A stretch of DNA of 64,000 bases from Geosiphon pyriformis uo1 (Eukaryota > Fungi > Glomeromycota). The DNA lies in contig JAAOMT010000627.1 in assembly GCA_016748015.1 (NCBI GenBank), positions 372,001 through 436,000 on the forward strand. Reading direction: 5' to 3'. Made by a program: the position numbers and the translations under genes. This document shows, piece by piece, positions 51,162 to 62,635 of this stretch (position 1 is its first letter; every line of letters begins with the position of its first letter). The notes below the pieces were generated by a model that was not told the DNA's origin, ran no database searches, and saw nothing but the letters and a program-made list of their open reading frames with translations.

Positions 51162-53975
51162 ATGGCTCAAAATTTTGGACAGGACAAGCATAACCCTTTC
51201 ACAAAAATTGATAATGGAAAAGACTCTTTGAGAGGATATGAAGCTTGCGAACTAACTCGAGATGCCCAAGAAGGGTCAACTCAGGGAACAGGAAAAGGCA
51301 TGGCTAACCACTCGGAAGAACAACACCTATGGGTTAAACTTAAAATTTCTTGCCCTGAAAAAAATGATATTAAAGATCAACCACCGAATGATTTTATTTC
51401 CGATTCCAACGAATCAAGAACGCGTCCCGTTGCAAAAGCTTCTTTCAAAACTTCTAAAAATTGGAAAGCTAAACAAAAGGCACTAGATCCCTCTGAGGAT
51501 TCTCATTCCCAAGATGATTCTGAAGACGATCTTGGTGTCGATGACGGTGAAATTTCCTATTTCGAGTCTCGAGTAAAAAAATGGGCTCGAAACCGCCGGC
51601 GCTTACGATTTCGCAATCAATTAAGCAGTGCTGCACTCCAAGAGGAAAGTGACCCATTGATATCGGAGATATACCTTCCCCACCCATTCTATGAAGATGC
51701 TGTATTAGAAAGTCAGGTCCGGATTCCCGGTGATATTTTTAATAAGCTGTTTGATTATCAGAAAGATGGGATCCGCTGGCTATGGAATCTTCATAAACAA
51801 AATGAGGGGGGGATACTTGGAGATGATATGGGTCTTGGTAAAACAGTACAAATGATTGGCTTTCTTGCTACCCTTCACTATTCTAAGGAATCCCGCGGGC
51901 CTACAATTATCATTTGTCCGGCAACCTTGATGTATCAATGGGTTAAAGAAATTCATGAGTGGTGGGCGCCACTCCGCGTTGCCATACTTCACTCCAGCGG
52001 GATTGCTGTCTCAAGTCATGATGACGCAGACAAGTCTGCTCTCAAATTAATAAGAACATTCTGTGGAAAAGGCAGCGGTCATATCCTCATTACAACGTAT
52101 GAGACGGTCAAAAAATATAGCAAACCACTGTTAAGTCGTCAATGGGAATATGTAGTGCTTGATGAAGGTCATAAAATCAGAAATCCCGATTCAGAGGTCA
52201 CACTCACAGTCAAAGAATTCAAGAGTGCTCACCGCATCATTCTTTCAGGAACTCCTATCCAAAATAATTATAAAGAGTTGTGGAGTTTAATGGATTTTGT
52301 GGCACCCGGACGATTTGGTACTCTTCCGGTCTTTGAAGAACATCTCGCAAGTCGTGTTATCGCTGGTGGCTATAGGCATGCAACTGAATTTGAAGTACAG
52401 GCAGCTTATTATTGTGCACGTGCGATGGCTGAATTTGTTCAACCTTACATGTTACGTCGTACCAAAGCTGATGTGGCTATCCGACGTCCTAAACAAACCG
52501 ATCAAGTTCTTTTTTGCAAACTTACTCAATATCAAAGAGAGCTTTATGAAGAATATCTTAAAAAAAGGGAGATGATGGAAATTGTAAATTGCAAAAAACT
52601 CCAGAACAAGAACAGGGTGAATTTTGTATGGGCACAAATAACAAAGCTATCGAAGATATGTAATCATCCTGACCTTTACCTTTGTGACCATGATCCTTCT
52701 TTCAAAAACTCCCCAGAGTATGGGCATCACCAGATCTCCGGGAAAATGGCTGTCGTAAAAACTCTCTTGGAAATGTGGCATCCAAATGGACATCGTGTTT
52801 TACTATTCTCTCAATCAACTGAAATGCTCGATATCTTAGAAAAGTTCGTACTATCCTCTCAATACGATTACAGGAGATTGGATGGATCTACACCCATAAC
52901 AAAACGTTCATTTTTGGTTGACGAATTTAATCACGATACATCAATTTTCTTATTATTGGTAACCACTAAGGTTGGTGGTGTTGGATTGAATCTTACAGGA
53001 GCTGATCGGATTATCATCTACGATCCAGACTGGAACCCATCTAATGATGATCAGGCTACTGAACGTGCAGCTCGACCGGGACAGAAAAAAAGGGTTGCGA
53101 TCTACAGATTAATGACCTCAGGAACTATAGAAGAGAAAATATATCATCGACAGCTATTTAAAAGAATGATATCAAAAAAGATTACCAAGAAGCCAAGCAA
53201 AAATGATTTACAATTTGAAGCAGGTGAATTATATGATCTTTTTTCATTAGGAGATCCAGATGCACCCGAAACAGATACCAGCTATATGTTTGGTGAGGCC
53301 GAAGTTGAGTTTGAAGAGTCAGATAGCACAAAACGTCGCAATATTTCCTCCCGCATATGGGATCGCTTTTTGAATGAAACTGTTGAACGTAATAACTCCC
53401 GCTTTCCCTCCCAAAAATCCAAAAATCCAACTTCCAGCTCCAATATTCTATTTCCTAATTTCAAAAAACGGAAAACAACTGATTCTGGCCAGTCAGACGA
53501 TTTAAAACAGGTGGAAACATCTAAAAACGATATATCTTTTTCTTTGTCCAAACCTTTACCGAAGAAAAGAGAAGGCGAAACATCATCAAGACGTCCTGCA
53601 ATTGAAGATATTTCCGAAATTGCTAAAGTTGAGGAATGGAAAAGTGGAATTGAGCAAGACGAACAGGAAGAGGAAGTCTGTTTAATACAGAATTTATTGA
53701 AGACAAATGGCTTGCACAGTGTCTTCAAGCATGATAAGGTCCTTGATGCAAAGTCGTCATCTTCTAGCACCTATCAAGCTCTTGTCGATAAAAAAGCAAG
53801 GGAAACTGCTGAAGAGGCGAGAGCCGCACTGGAAAGCAGCCGTCGTAGGCTAAAATCTTTGCCTTTGGGTACATTAACGTGGACGGGTCAATACGGCAAA
53901 GGTGGAGCTCATGATGATCAATTTGCACAAAGAAAAAGCAATCCATGGGATTTTTCTCAATACAAAAGGTTTTGA
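51162..53975 (+). CDS. Intronless Rad26/CSB (ERCC6)-like SNF2 family ATPase, divergent and C-terminally short
   Basis: GGILGDDMGLGKT, LDEGHKIRNPD, LSGTPIQNN, KICNHPDL, TTKVGGVGLNLTGADRIIIYDPDWNPS, GTIEEKIYHRQ and the CSB-type TWTGQYG. First ATG at 51162; the track starts at a TTG at 51114. Confidence 0.9.
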   Translation: MAQNFGQDKHNPFTKIDNGKDSLRGYEACELTRDAQEGSTQGTGKGMANHSEEQHLWVKLKISCPEKNDIKDQPPNDFISDSNESRTRPVAKASFKTSKNWKAKQKALDPSEDSHSQDDSEDDLGVDDGEISYFESRVKKWARNRRRLRFRNQLSSAALQEESDPLISEIYLPHPFYEDAVLESQVRIPGDIFNKLFDYQKDGIRWLWNLHKQNEGGILGDDMGLGKTVQMIGFLATLHYSKESRGPTIIICPATLMYQWVKEIHEWWAPLRVAILHSSGIAVSSHDDADKSALKLIRTFCGKGSGHILITTYETVKKYSKPLLSRQWEYVVLDEGHKIRNPDSEVTLTVKEFKSAHRIILSGTPIQNNYKELWSLMDFVAPGRFGTLPVFEEHLASRVIAGGYRHATEFEVQAAYYCARAMAEFVQPYMLRRTKADVAIRRPKQTDQVLFCKLTQYQRELYEEYLKKREMMEIVNCKKLQNKNRVNFVWAQITKLSKICNHPDLYLCDHDPSFKNSPEYGHHQISGKMAVVKTLLEMWHPNGHRVLLFSQSTEMLDILEKFVLSSQYDYRRLDGSTPITKRSFLVDEFNHDTSIFLLLVTTKVGGVGLNLTGADRIIIYDPDWNPSNDDQATERAARPGQKKRVAIYRLMTSGTIEEKIYHRQLFKRMISKKITKKPSKNDLQFEAGELYDLFSLGDPDAPETDTSYMFGEAEVEFEESDSTKRRNISSRIWDRFLNETVERNNSRFPSQKSKNPTSSSNILFPNFKKRKTTDSGQSDDLKQVETSKNDISFSLSKPLPKKREGETSSRRPAIEDISEIAKVEEWKSGIEQDEQEEEVCLIQNLLKTNGLHSVFKHDKVLDAKSSSSSTYQALVDKKARETAEEARAALESSRRRLKSLPLGTLTWTGQYGKGGAHDDQFAQRKSNPWDFSQYKRF

Positions 53976-55810
53976 ATCCAACACCTTGAAACCCTTTTTC
54001 AAAATGCTATGTTCCTTAATTCAAATCATTGCCTTGTTATTTAATTCGTTCTAATATACTGGACACAGTATTGCTTACTCAATATCATGAGAAACTGTCT
54101 TCAGATTAGAACGTATCTTACAACCTAGAGTCACAAACAATTCCAACTATTAATATCGCCATTATTCACATTTAATAATAATCAATCTGTTCATCAATCG
54201 GATTCTTCGCCAAAGATAATTTTCAATATGGCTAATTAAATTTGGAAATTTAAGGCCGCTATCATTACGCCAATCCAAATTCACCAAGACATCTATTTGA
54301 GAAATAGTCGCTTAATGTAAACGATAATTATTTCAAGTCTCGCTTTCATTATTGGCTTAATTGAAAGTGAGTAAGTCAGATTCCTCATCTATGGGTTTAA
54401 GGTGACCCGTTTAAGGCAACATTGAGATTTTCTTTGAGAATAGACTGTCGATCAGTTGGCCGGATTAAATTTTTGCCAAAGAGAATTTTTACAGAAGGCG
54501 CAAATCATTTAAGAATTCTAAATTATTGCATGGCTAGATTCCACCGACGGATATCCGTGAATTACGTAGATCAGAATCTTACCAATCTTCTAGCCTGTAT
54601 CTTACTGGCGTATTCCTTGAGGGGACATAAATTCCTTTGGAAAACCAAAATCCTCCTCCCTATATATAGCGATACCACTATATGATATATCTACCAATCA
54701 ACGTTACATCAACAAGAACCTTTATAGCCGGGAACTTTCACTGAGTTTTTGGTCACAGACTTCCAAAAACCGTGTTTGCACAAATGACGATGATAGAATT
54801 TCGATCAGCATCGCGTTTTAGATGATTACACTCCTCTTCATGTGATTCACCATCACCTCAAAAAGATTAGGTTCAACAAATATTGGGTTTCATTCTGAAG
54901 AAATCAATAAATTTACTCAAAGTAATATTTCATGAATAATGTCATTAAAAAGGTTATTTTTTAAACCCAATAATAATTTTTATTTAGAACCTTTTTTAAT
55001 TTAACTTGAAATAATTTATTAATCAGTTAAATTTATATTTAAATTTGAATTTTTGTTAAAATCTCGATTAAATAAAAAACAGGCTTTAAATTGTTAAGAA
55101 AAAATTTAAACAATTAATAAATATCATAATTTTGTTTTTTTTCTTTATAAACTTATAATTTAAATTTTTTTATTGGTAAAAAACAAAAATCAAAACTTTT
55201 TGTTCAGAAAATTTTTTGGGCAATAAAAACAGTTTAATTATAACATTACAAAAAAACAAAATAATAAAAATTTGAATAATATAAAATAATACCAAAAGAG
55301 AAGATATTAACAATTATATTAAAATAATTTTTTTTAATGTTAAGACTTTTTTTATATATTTTTTATGGTTTTTATTAGTGCAATTACTTTAAAAGTTTTT
55401 TTAATTATAAAAACAATTAAACAATATTTTATTAAAGTGTTTTTCTTAATAATAATACATTAAAAACAGTTATAATATTGTTGTTACTATTATAAAAAGT
55501 CTTGCAATTTTTAATTATAAATTAATAATTAATTTATTATTTTTTATTGTTAATCTTTTTTTGCTATTTAAATAATTAAAAAACTAAGACAATAAAAAAC
55601 TTTTGTTTTAAAAAATAATACAATTAACTTTTTTAAAATAGCAAAAAACAGTATTTTTTTGTGTTTTTAAAACATTAGTTGAAAACTCTTTCTTTCGTTG
55701 ATCCCCTGGTCACAACGAGAGCATTAAGTCATCATTGAAATAGCCTTCCTTTTCCCTTTCCTCTTCACCTTTCTCCAGTTATTTCTTCAGACATTCCTCT
55801 TTTTGTAGCT

Positions 55811-57763
55811 ATGGAACCGGTGGGCTTTGCTGCTGGTGGTTCTGGGTCTATTTTGGCTGGGTTGGGGACCCAGTCTGGTGTCAAAAATAAGCATTCGGTT
55901 GGTCCTCAATCTTGCGGTGCATCCTATAAGAAGCCGAAGAAACCTGTGGCAGTTGGCAGTTTGGTGGAGTCATCTGCTGGTGTCTCGAACGTTATGGATG
56001 AAAGTGGTGATGGACCTAACATTAGACGGTCGTGGGCTAGCGAGGTCAACAGCGAAGTGGACAGTGTAAGTGGCGTCTCGGACTTGGATAACTTGGAAAA
56101 CATTGTCGCTGAGAAAACTAGCTATGCAGAGTCGGATGCAGGTTTGGACGACGACATGAATGATGCCATACCAAGGAAGACGCGTACCCACACCTATGTT
56201 CTAAACAGTAAGCTGCCACCTCTCTCTTTCAACATTCTAAGTGATGGTGAAGACACTTTGCCTCTTCCGAATCCTAAATTTTGTGGGTCTAATTGTCTTC
56301 CTCCAGTCGGGTCACATGCACCAGAGAAACAGAGTTTTAATTCGTCAAAATCATTTGCATTGGATATTGAGCTATCTGCCGTGCCTGGCAAAACTAATGG
56401 TGATAAGTTGGTTTCAATCAAAAAAATTTTTTATTGCATTGATGGATTTGGGGGAGCCTCAACTCCCTCAAAATTCTCAGGGATCATCAGATCCTCTTTT
56501 ACATCTGAAATTAGTTTGAATAAGGCTAAGAAAATGACGATTGGTGAGAAAATTTTGGTAAATGATAATCTAAAAAAAGTAAACAGCCGTTCAGATTGGG
56601 AGGTGATTGTCAAGGAAATTCCAATGGATCTTTCCAAATCAGTGATTGAGGCAGTGTTCTCCAAGTTTGGCAAGATTATTTTAATCAAGGTGCAGCTTAT
56701 TGGTCTTTGGCAAAAGGCCCTAGTAGAATATGAATCATCTGAGGTAGCTGATTTGGTCGCAGCTAAATGGTTTGTGCTCATGAGAAAAGATTCTGTTCGC
56801 ATGGCAAAGGCGTGTGTTGATAAACAAACGTGGGTATCTAGAGATCAGCATCGGGTGTTGCTTTACACTCTTCCAGTTGGCACGACTGTTCATGATTTGT
56901 CTGAATTGGTGAAGGCTTATGATAGGAAAACTTGTTTTATAGGCCGTAATCCAACTTCATATGTCTGTAATCGGTGTGCTGTGATTTGTTTTGAAAGTGG
57001 GGCATCCAAGTTGGCTGCTATTGATTCGGTTTTGGTTTTCAAAGGCGTGGGCTTGTGTTGGGCTGGTCTTTCTTTGGCCAGTTGCATTCATTGCAAACTG
57101 TTTGGTCATACTGCTGTTGATTGCTCTGTAAGTAGGGGGCCTGGGGGTCATGGGAAATGTGTGGTGACTTTTCAAGATAGAGTATGGTTGGCCAATATTT
57201 ATAGAAAGAAGCAAGCACCGATTGTTCACCCAGTTTCTTTTGGTGGAAAGACATGGGCCCAAGTGGTAGGCAGCTCTCCCTCTCGTGTTGTCTCTTTGGG
57301 TGCTTCTGATGTTGGTTCAATCTCTGGTTCAAAGGCTTTCTCAATGGATTCCTCCTCGTCTGGTGCTGCTGATATAGGTGGTCGCCTAGCTGTGCTGGAA
57401 CACTCCATGGAAATTCTCTCGGACCAAGTGTCACTCATTTTGAAGAAGTTAAGTTTCGTTGACTTGGTGTCATTAGCACCCTCTTCCTCAGCTCTTTCTT
57501 TGGTGTCTCCAACTGCCGTTGTTTTAGATATGGACTCAGGTTTGGCTTTGGATAGTTCATTGTTATCATCTGCCTCTTCTCCTTCCAATGTTGGTGAATC
57601 GATAGTTGATTTCAGTCTGAGCAGTTCTAGGGTTTTGACTGCCAAGATTGGCAGTTTGGAGTCGAATATGGTGGCTCTTGAGGCTTCAGTTCACTCGGTT
57701 TTGGATAGATTGGATCATCTGCACTCTGGATCGGGTTCATTGGCTTTTCCTCCATCTCAATGA
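55811..57763 (+). CDS. LINE ORF1 protein (two RRM-like segments, CCHC knuckle, C-terminal heptads), 650 aa, open
   Basis: VIVKEIPMDL..FSKFGKI..KALVEY, LLYTLPVGTT..CAVICF, CIHCKLFGHTAVDC, LESNMVALEASVHSVLDRLDHL. Confidence 0.85.
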   Translation: MEPVGFAAGGSGSILAGLGTQSGVKNKHSVGPQSCGASYKKPKKPVAVGSLVESSAGVSNVMDESGDGPNIRRSWASEVNSEVDSVSGVSDLDNLENIVAEKTSYAESDAGLDDDMNDAIPRKTRTHTYVLNSKLPPLSFNILSDGEDTLPLPNPKFCGSNCLPPVGSHAPEKQSFNSSKSFALDIELSAVPGKTNGDKLVSIKKIFYCIDGFGGASTPSKFSGIIRSSFTSEISLNKAKKMTIGEKILVNDNLKKVNSRSDWEVIVKEIPMDLSKSVIEAVFSKFGKIILIKVQLIGLWQKALVEYESSEVADLVAAKWFVLMRKDSVRMAKACVDKQTWVSRDQHRVLLYTLPVGTTVHDLSELVKAYDRKTCFIGRNPTSYVCNRCAVICFESGASKLAAIDSVLVFKGVGLCWAGLSLASCIHCKLFGHTAVDCSVSRGPGGHGKCVVTFQDRVWLANIYRKKQAPIVHPVSFGGKTWAQVVGSSPSRVVSLGASDVGSISGSKAFSMDSSSSGAADIGGRLAVLEHSMEILSDQVSLILKKLSFVDLVSLAPSSSALSLVSPTAVVLDMDSGLALDSSLLSSASSPSNVGESIVDFSLSSSRVLTAKIGSLESNMVALEASVHSVLDRLDHLHSGSGSLAFPPSQ

Positions 57764-60700
57764 GTGGTTTGGTTTGGAAATTTGCTACATGCAACATTCG
57801 AGGTATCAATGTTTCTGCGAAGTAAGCAGATGTTGTTCATTGGCATGTAAACTCGGGGAATATGGTTTCTTTCATCACTGAGACTAAGTTGAGGTCCTCT
57901 TCTGGGCCATGGATAAAGGACAAATTTGATGGAGTGCAAATATTTTCTTCTGGCTTGGATAAAAGTTTTATGGGTGCTGGGGTTGCAATTGTTATGAACA
58001 TTTCTTTGGCCTGTCATGTATCTAAGGTGAAAGAGATTCCTGGTCAGGTTATTTCTGTTTGGCTCCTGTTTAAGGGCAAGCTCTCGGTTACTGTTTTGGG
58101 GTTGTATGTTGGTGTCTTCTCTGGAGCTAGATTTGGTCAGGCTTCTGATGTTAACTCTCTCATTGTAAAGACAGTCAACTCCAGCAATTTTGTTATCTTG
58201 AGTGGGGACTTTAATAAGAATGAATCTGGTAGAAGTGCTAGTTTCAAGTTTTGTTTGAGTTTGGGTTTGGTCAATTTATTTGTTGGTCATCATTTGGCTA
58301 ATTCTTATATGTGGAGCAATTCGAGAGGGGTTAGGAAAACGATTGATTACATTTTTGTTGGTGGTAATTTATCTTCTGCTGTTGTTGGTCATCAAGTTGT
58401 CTCTGTTTCGGATTTCTTTGACACCGATCACAAGGCAGTTGTGGTTTCAGTCGGTTTGGATGGGCTTCTAGATGTACAATTGAATAGTTTGCGCAAGCAG
58501 GCGAATAAAGATTATTGGAAGTTCAAAATCAAGAATGCTGACTGTGTTGGATGGGCTAAGTTTAAGGATCTCTCGTCAGTTAAACTTTTGTCTTTGGGTG
58601 AGGTGTTCTCTGGTGCCAAAATACATGGTGATGTGGATACAATGTGGGCAGTTTTGGTGGGGGCTGTGGTGGATTCTGCTGATATGACATTTTCAAGGCT
58701 TTGGTTTAGTGAATTCGAGTGTTCGAGAAACAAATATTCTTCTAGGTTTTTTGGTCTGAAATTGTTGGTGGCCAAGATTGTCAAAAAATTTTGCTCTGGT
58801 GACTTGCTGGGTGCTGATTGTCTTGTGAGTAAATGGTCAACTCTGGATGACGCGAAGGCTTGTGTTTTCAAAGACTTAGTGGGCTCGGGTGTTAAATCTG
58901 ATGTTGTTGTTAGGCATTTGTCATTAGTTTGCAGAGATTGCAGGAGGTCGAAGATGTTTGAATCAAGGTTGGCTGAGGAAGCTTCAGTTAGGAAGGCAAT
59001 TGAGAAGCACATGGATAATTTCTGTTCAGATAAGGGTAGTATGATTAGGAGTGTATTGGAAAAGCCATTTTGCAAGGTTGTGTTGGATTACTTGATAGTT
59101 GACAATGATCTGGTTTTGTTGCCTGAAGAGGTGAAGTCCAGTGTGGATGGAATAATGGAGGGGTGGACGAGGAAATGCTCCATGCAGTCAGTGCTTCCTG
59201 GTCTTTAAGCTCGTCAGTACGTGTCTTTGGACCATGTTCGGGATGATGCTTTTTCAGGTATTATGAGCACAATCAGTATGGACGAATTACTCTCTGTTGT
59301 TGGTGGTCTTCCTGATGGCAAGGCTGCTGGTTTGTCTGGTGTTCCTAATGAGTTGTGGAAACATGGTGGTGAGGTGGTTTTGGGATGTCTGTTGGCACTG
59401 TTTAATAAATGTTTGTCTGTTGGTGTGGTGCCTGTTTTGTGGAAGAGGGCTTGAGTGTTAATGATTTCTAAGTTTTATGACTGGGATGGAGTTCTTACGA
59501 ACATTCGGCCCATTGCTTTGATTGAGACAGCCAGGAAGATTCTTTCCAAGATTCTGTCTGATCGTATTTCAATGGCTTGTAGCAAGTTCAACGTTCTTTG
59601 AGGTGACAATTTTTCGGTGCTGAAGGGTACGTCTACCCAATTTCCAGTGTTTACTGTCGGATCGGTAATTGAGGATGCCATTGAGAAGGATAGGGAGTTA
59701 TAGTTGGTCTTACAAGATATGCGGAAAGCTTACGATTCAGTTGGGTGGCACTATTTAAGAGCTAGTTTGTGGCGTGTCAAGATGTGTGAGAGGTTCATAA
59801 AGTTTTTTGGTAGTATTCATGAGGATAGAGTTAATAGGGTGATGACTGACTTTGGTTTGTCTGGTGGTTATATGGTGCATGATAGGCTGGATCAGGGTGA
59901 GGTCTTTTCACCACTTCTTTGGAGAATTTTTTACGATCCGCTTTTGTGTGAGGTTAAGAGACACGAACAATTGTGTGGGTACCAGATTGATACTAAGTTT
60001 GTTTCAAAATTTGGCAGAATTGAGAGCGGTGACAGTTTGACATTATATTTTTCAGCTGGTGCATTTGTTGATGATACAATCTGGGTTGGAAATTGTCAAG
60101 CTTCTACTCAATATGCTCTGAACATTGCCAGTGAATTTTTTGTGATCAATGATATTTCTATCAATAGTGAGAAAACAGTAGCTATTCTCATCAATCAGGG
60201 CGTTAAAGTTGCTTTACTGAACATTTGTGGTCAGCCAATTTCTATTGCCAAGAAAGGGGAAGTATATCGGTATCTGGATATTTTTCTGTTAACTGAAGAG
60301 CTCTCCAAGCTGAGTGTCACCAAGGCTTATGTGGATATACGTTTCTTCGTCAATGTTATGCTTAGGAAGGCTATTACAGACAAACAGTTCTCCTATCTGG
60401 TGTTGGCTATTTTACAGCCTATTGTTGCCTATCATATTCAGTTCAGTTTTGTCTTATCTAATATTTGTCGCAAGTGGGATGTCTTGGTTAGAAAGGGTCT
60501 TAGGTCCAAGGCTTGTCTCCCCCATGATTTTCCAGACACTGCTTTGCATCATCCCTCATTGTATGGCCTTAAGCCTTTTGAGCAGGTGCAGTCAGAAGGG
60601 AAGGTTGCTGCTTTGATGACATTCTCTAATGCCTATGGTATTCTTGGGCATTTGTTTAGACATAGGTTTTTGGACCTTCAGGTTCTTGGTTGGGCTCTTT

Positions 60701-62445
60701 TGGATCCTTTGCAGTTTCCAGTCAGGTTGTGTGTTAGTCCGGTAAACAATTTTTTGGCTGGGATGGTGAAGATTTTTCTGGACAATGAGCTTGCTTTGGT
60801 AAACAACCTCCTCACTGCATTTCATAGTCCTGGTCGGTTTCTGTTGTCCTTTGTTCTTGGAAAGTCTCTGTATTTTGATTCGGTCAAATCTCTTAAACGT
60901 TTTGGTGTCGCTTTTGGTGATTGGCTTTTTGATAAAAAGGGTGTTTTGTTGAATTGGAAAACTTTTCGTCATTGGAAAAAGTTGGATCTGCGTGGCCCTG
61001 TGCCTCACTGGTTCATGGTTTCTTCTGAGTTTTTGAGGGGTTAGGGTTACTCATTTTCTGGTTCTATTGGCTTTGCAGAAAAGCTTGGTTTGGACATTTT
61101 GGGGTCTGAAGAATTTTCTGCAGTAAAAAATGGGGTGCATGACGTTTGGTCGGGCTTTTTTGAAGTTTTTACAGATGGGTCTTTGAGGAATGCAGGCTCT
61201 GCTAAGGTCATCTGTGGTGCTGCTGCATACTTTTCCATCTTGGATAAAAGCATTGGTGTTGCTGTTTGTGGCTTTTTGTCATCTACTATGGCCGAGTTAC
61301 AGGCTGTCGCTTTGGCTTTGGAGTGTGTTCCTTCTTCTAGTACTGTGGTGTTACGTCTTGACAGCCAGGCTGCCATTGACACATGTGTATCTGAGATGTC
61401 CTTGGTTGCTCCTGATTTCCGTAATCAATGCTGGCTAGAAAGGCATCATATTTTCAATTTGGTCAGGGATAAGGATCTTAGTGTGAGTTGAGTTAAGATG
61501 AAAGGACACTCTGGGATTCCTGGTAATATAAAAGCTGACTTGGCTGCTGGGGCTGCCTCTGGGTCTCCTTTTTCTCTTTGTGCCAATGTGTGTGAACATT
61601 TTTTGGTTGCTGAGGGTGTCGCTGTTTCTGGTAACGCCCGTCATTTTATCAGGAATATTTTTTGATCAATTTGTTGTGCTCATTGGGAAGCTGGGCCTGG
61701 TTGTGATGTGGTTCCGGATGTGATGATTGGTTGCATAAACTGGGTTGTTACGGCAGAGGTGTGGCATCCTAATTCTCATATGCTTGCTAAGTTCACTAGC
61801 TGCGCATCTTCAATGCTTCACACTTATATTATGAAGACTGTGCACAGGAGGTTGCCGGTGGTGGTAAGGAAGAGGTTGTATAATAAGTGCTACCCTAGTG
61901 TATTGTATTTGTTTTGTGGTAAGATGGAGTTTTCTGACCACACTTTTACTTGTGTTTATGAGTCTGGCATCCGTGGTGAGATTTTGGGGAAGGCTTCTGC
62001 CCATTGGTCGGCTTTGGCTGGTGGTTCCCCTGCTTCTGCCGTGTTGCGAGTTTTGTTTTGATGTTCCTTTGATGTTGGGCTGTACACTTTGGTGTGCAAA
62101 AGGTTTGTGCTGGAGAAGTGGTATGAGGAGGCTTGCAGTGTTTTTGAGGATAGAAAGGTGGCCACTGCTCGGATTGTTGATTTTGTCAGATTTGTTGTTG
62201 GGTTGCATTGTGCTAAAGTATGGTTGGCTAGGGCCAGCCACCAAGTAGTGATGGAGAAGGCTGGTCTGGTCTGTAACATTAGTGTTGTTTCTGGGCTCCC
62301 CTGTGGTGTGTCTTCAGTTTTGTCTAATGGTGTTGTGAGATTGCTTGGTGTGGCCAATTCCTTTGCTATTAGCTTTGGTTGTCAGAAGCCTTATTGTTTC
62401 TTTTCTGGTCTGGGTAGCAGTGTGCGGGTAATTATAGATGTGTAG
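57760..62445 (+). pseudogene. LINE ORF2 (APE endonuclease, RT, RNase H, zinc finger) with at least nine in-frame stops and no frameshift
   Basis: MSGLVWKFATCNIRG, ETKL, GDFN, IDYIF, TDH; LQDMRKAYDSV, DQGEVFSP, FVDD; FTDGS, AELQAV, DSQ. All track ORFs for this protein start in the same frame. Confidence 0.92.
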
Positions 62446-62635
62446 TGTTGCCTTGTCTGGCCTGAATGGCTAGCCACATGTAGAAAGTGCGTGAGTCGCG
62501 TTTAGTTTGAGTCTCTTAGTTTGGTTCTATGTACTAGATAGCGATTGGGCTACACTCATTAAATGTGTTAATAAAAAAAAAATTAAAACATTATTTTTGT
62601 TTTAAAGTTTGTTTTTTTTTGAAAAATAAAATATA

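Larger units (their letters stand above)
55681..62582 (+). mobile_element. Least-decayed full-length LINE (APE endonuclease, RT, RNase H)
   Basis: 5' end GAAAACT like the 46277 copy, intact ORF1, single-frame ORF2, A-tail at about 62570-62582. Candidate TSD TTAAAACATTA(G/T)TT at 55667-55680 and 62583-62596. Confidence 0.95.

Noticed and set aside
55681-55730. HDV-like ribozyme at the LINE 5' end
   Set aside because: Only a simple hairpin (ctttcgttg..caacgagag) is visible, with no nested double pseudoknot, and it is not evident in the 46277 copy.
56194-62357. Many antisense and off-frame ORFs over the LINE and CSB regions
   Set aside because: By-products of codon bias in the true frames, with no independent motifs.
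57760-62445. Alternative genetic code or stop read-through explaining in-frame stops
   Set aside because: The stops include all three codons, replace different amino acids and fall at different sites in sister copies. Host genes use standard stops.
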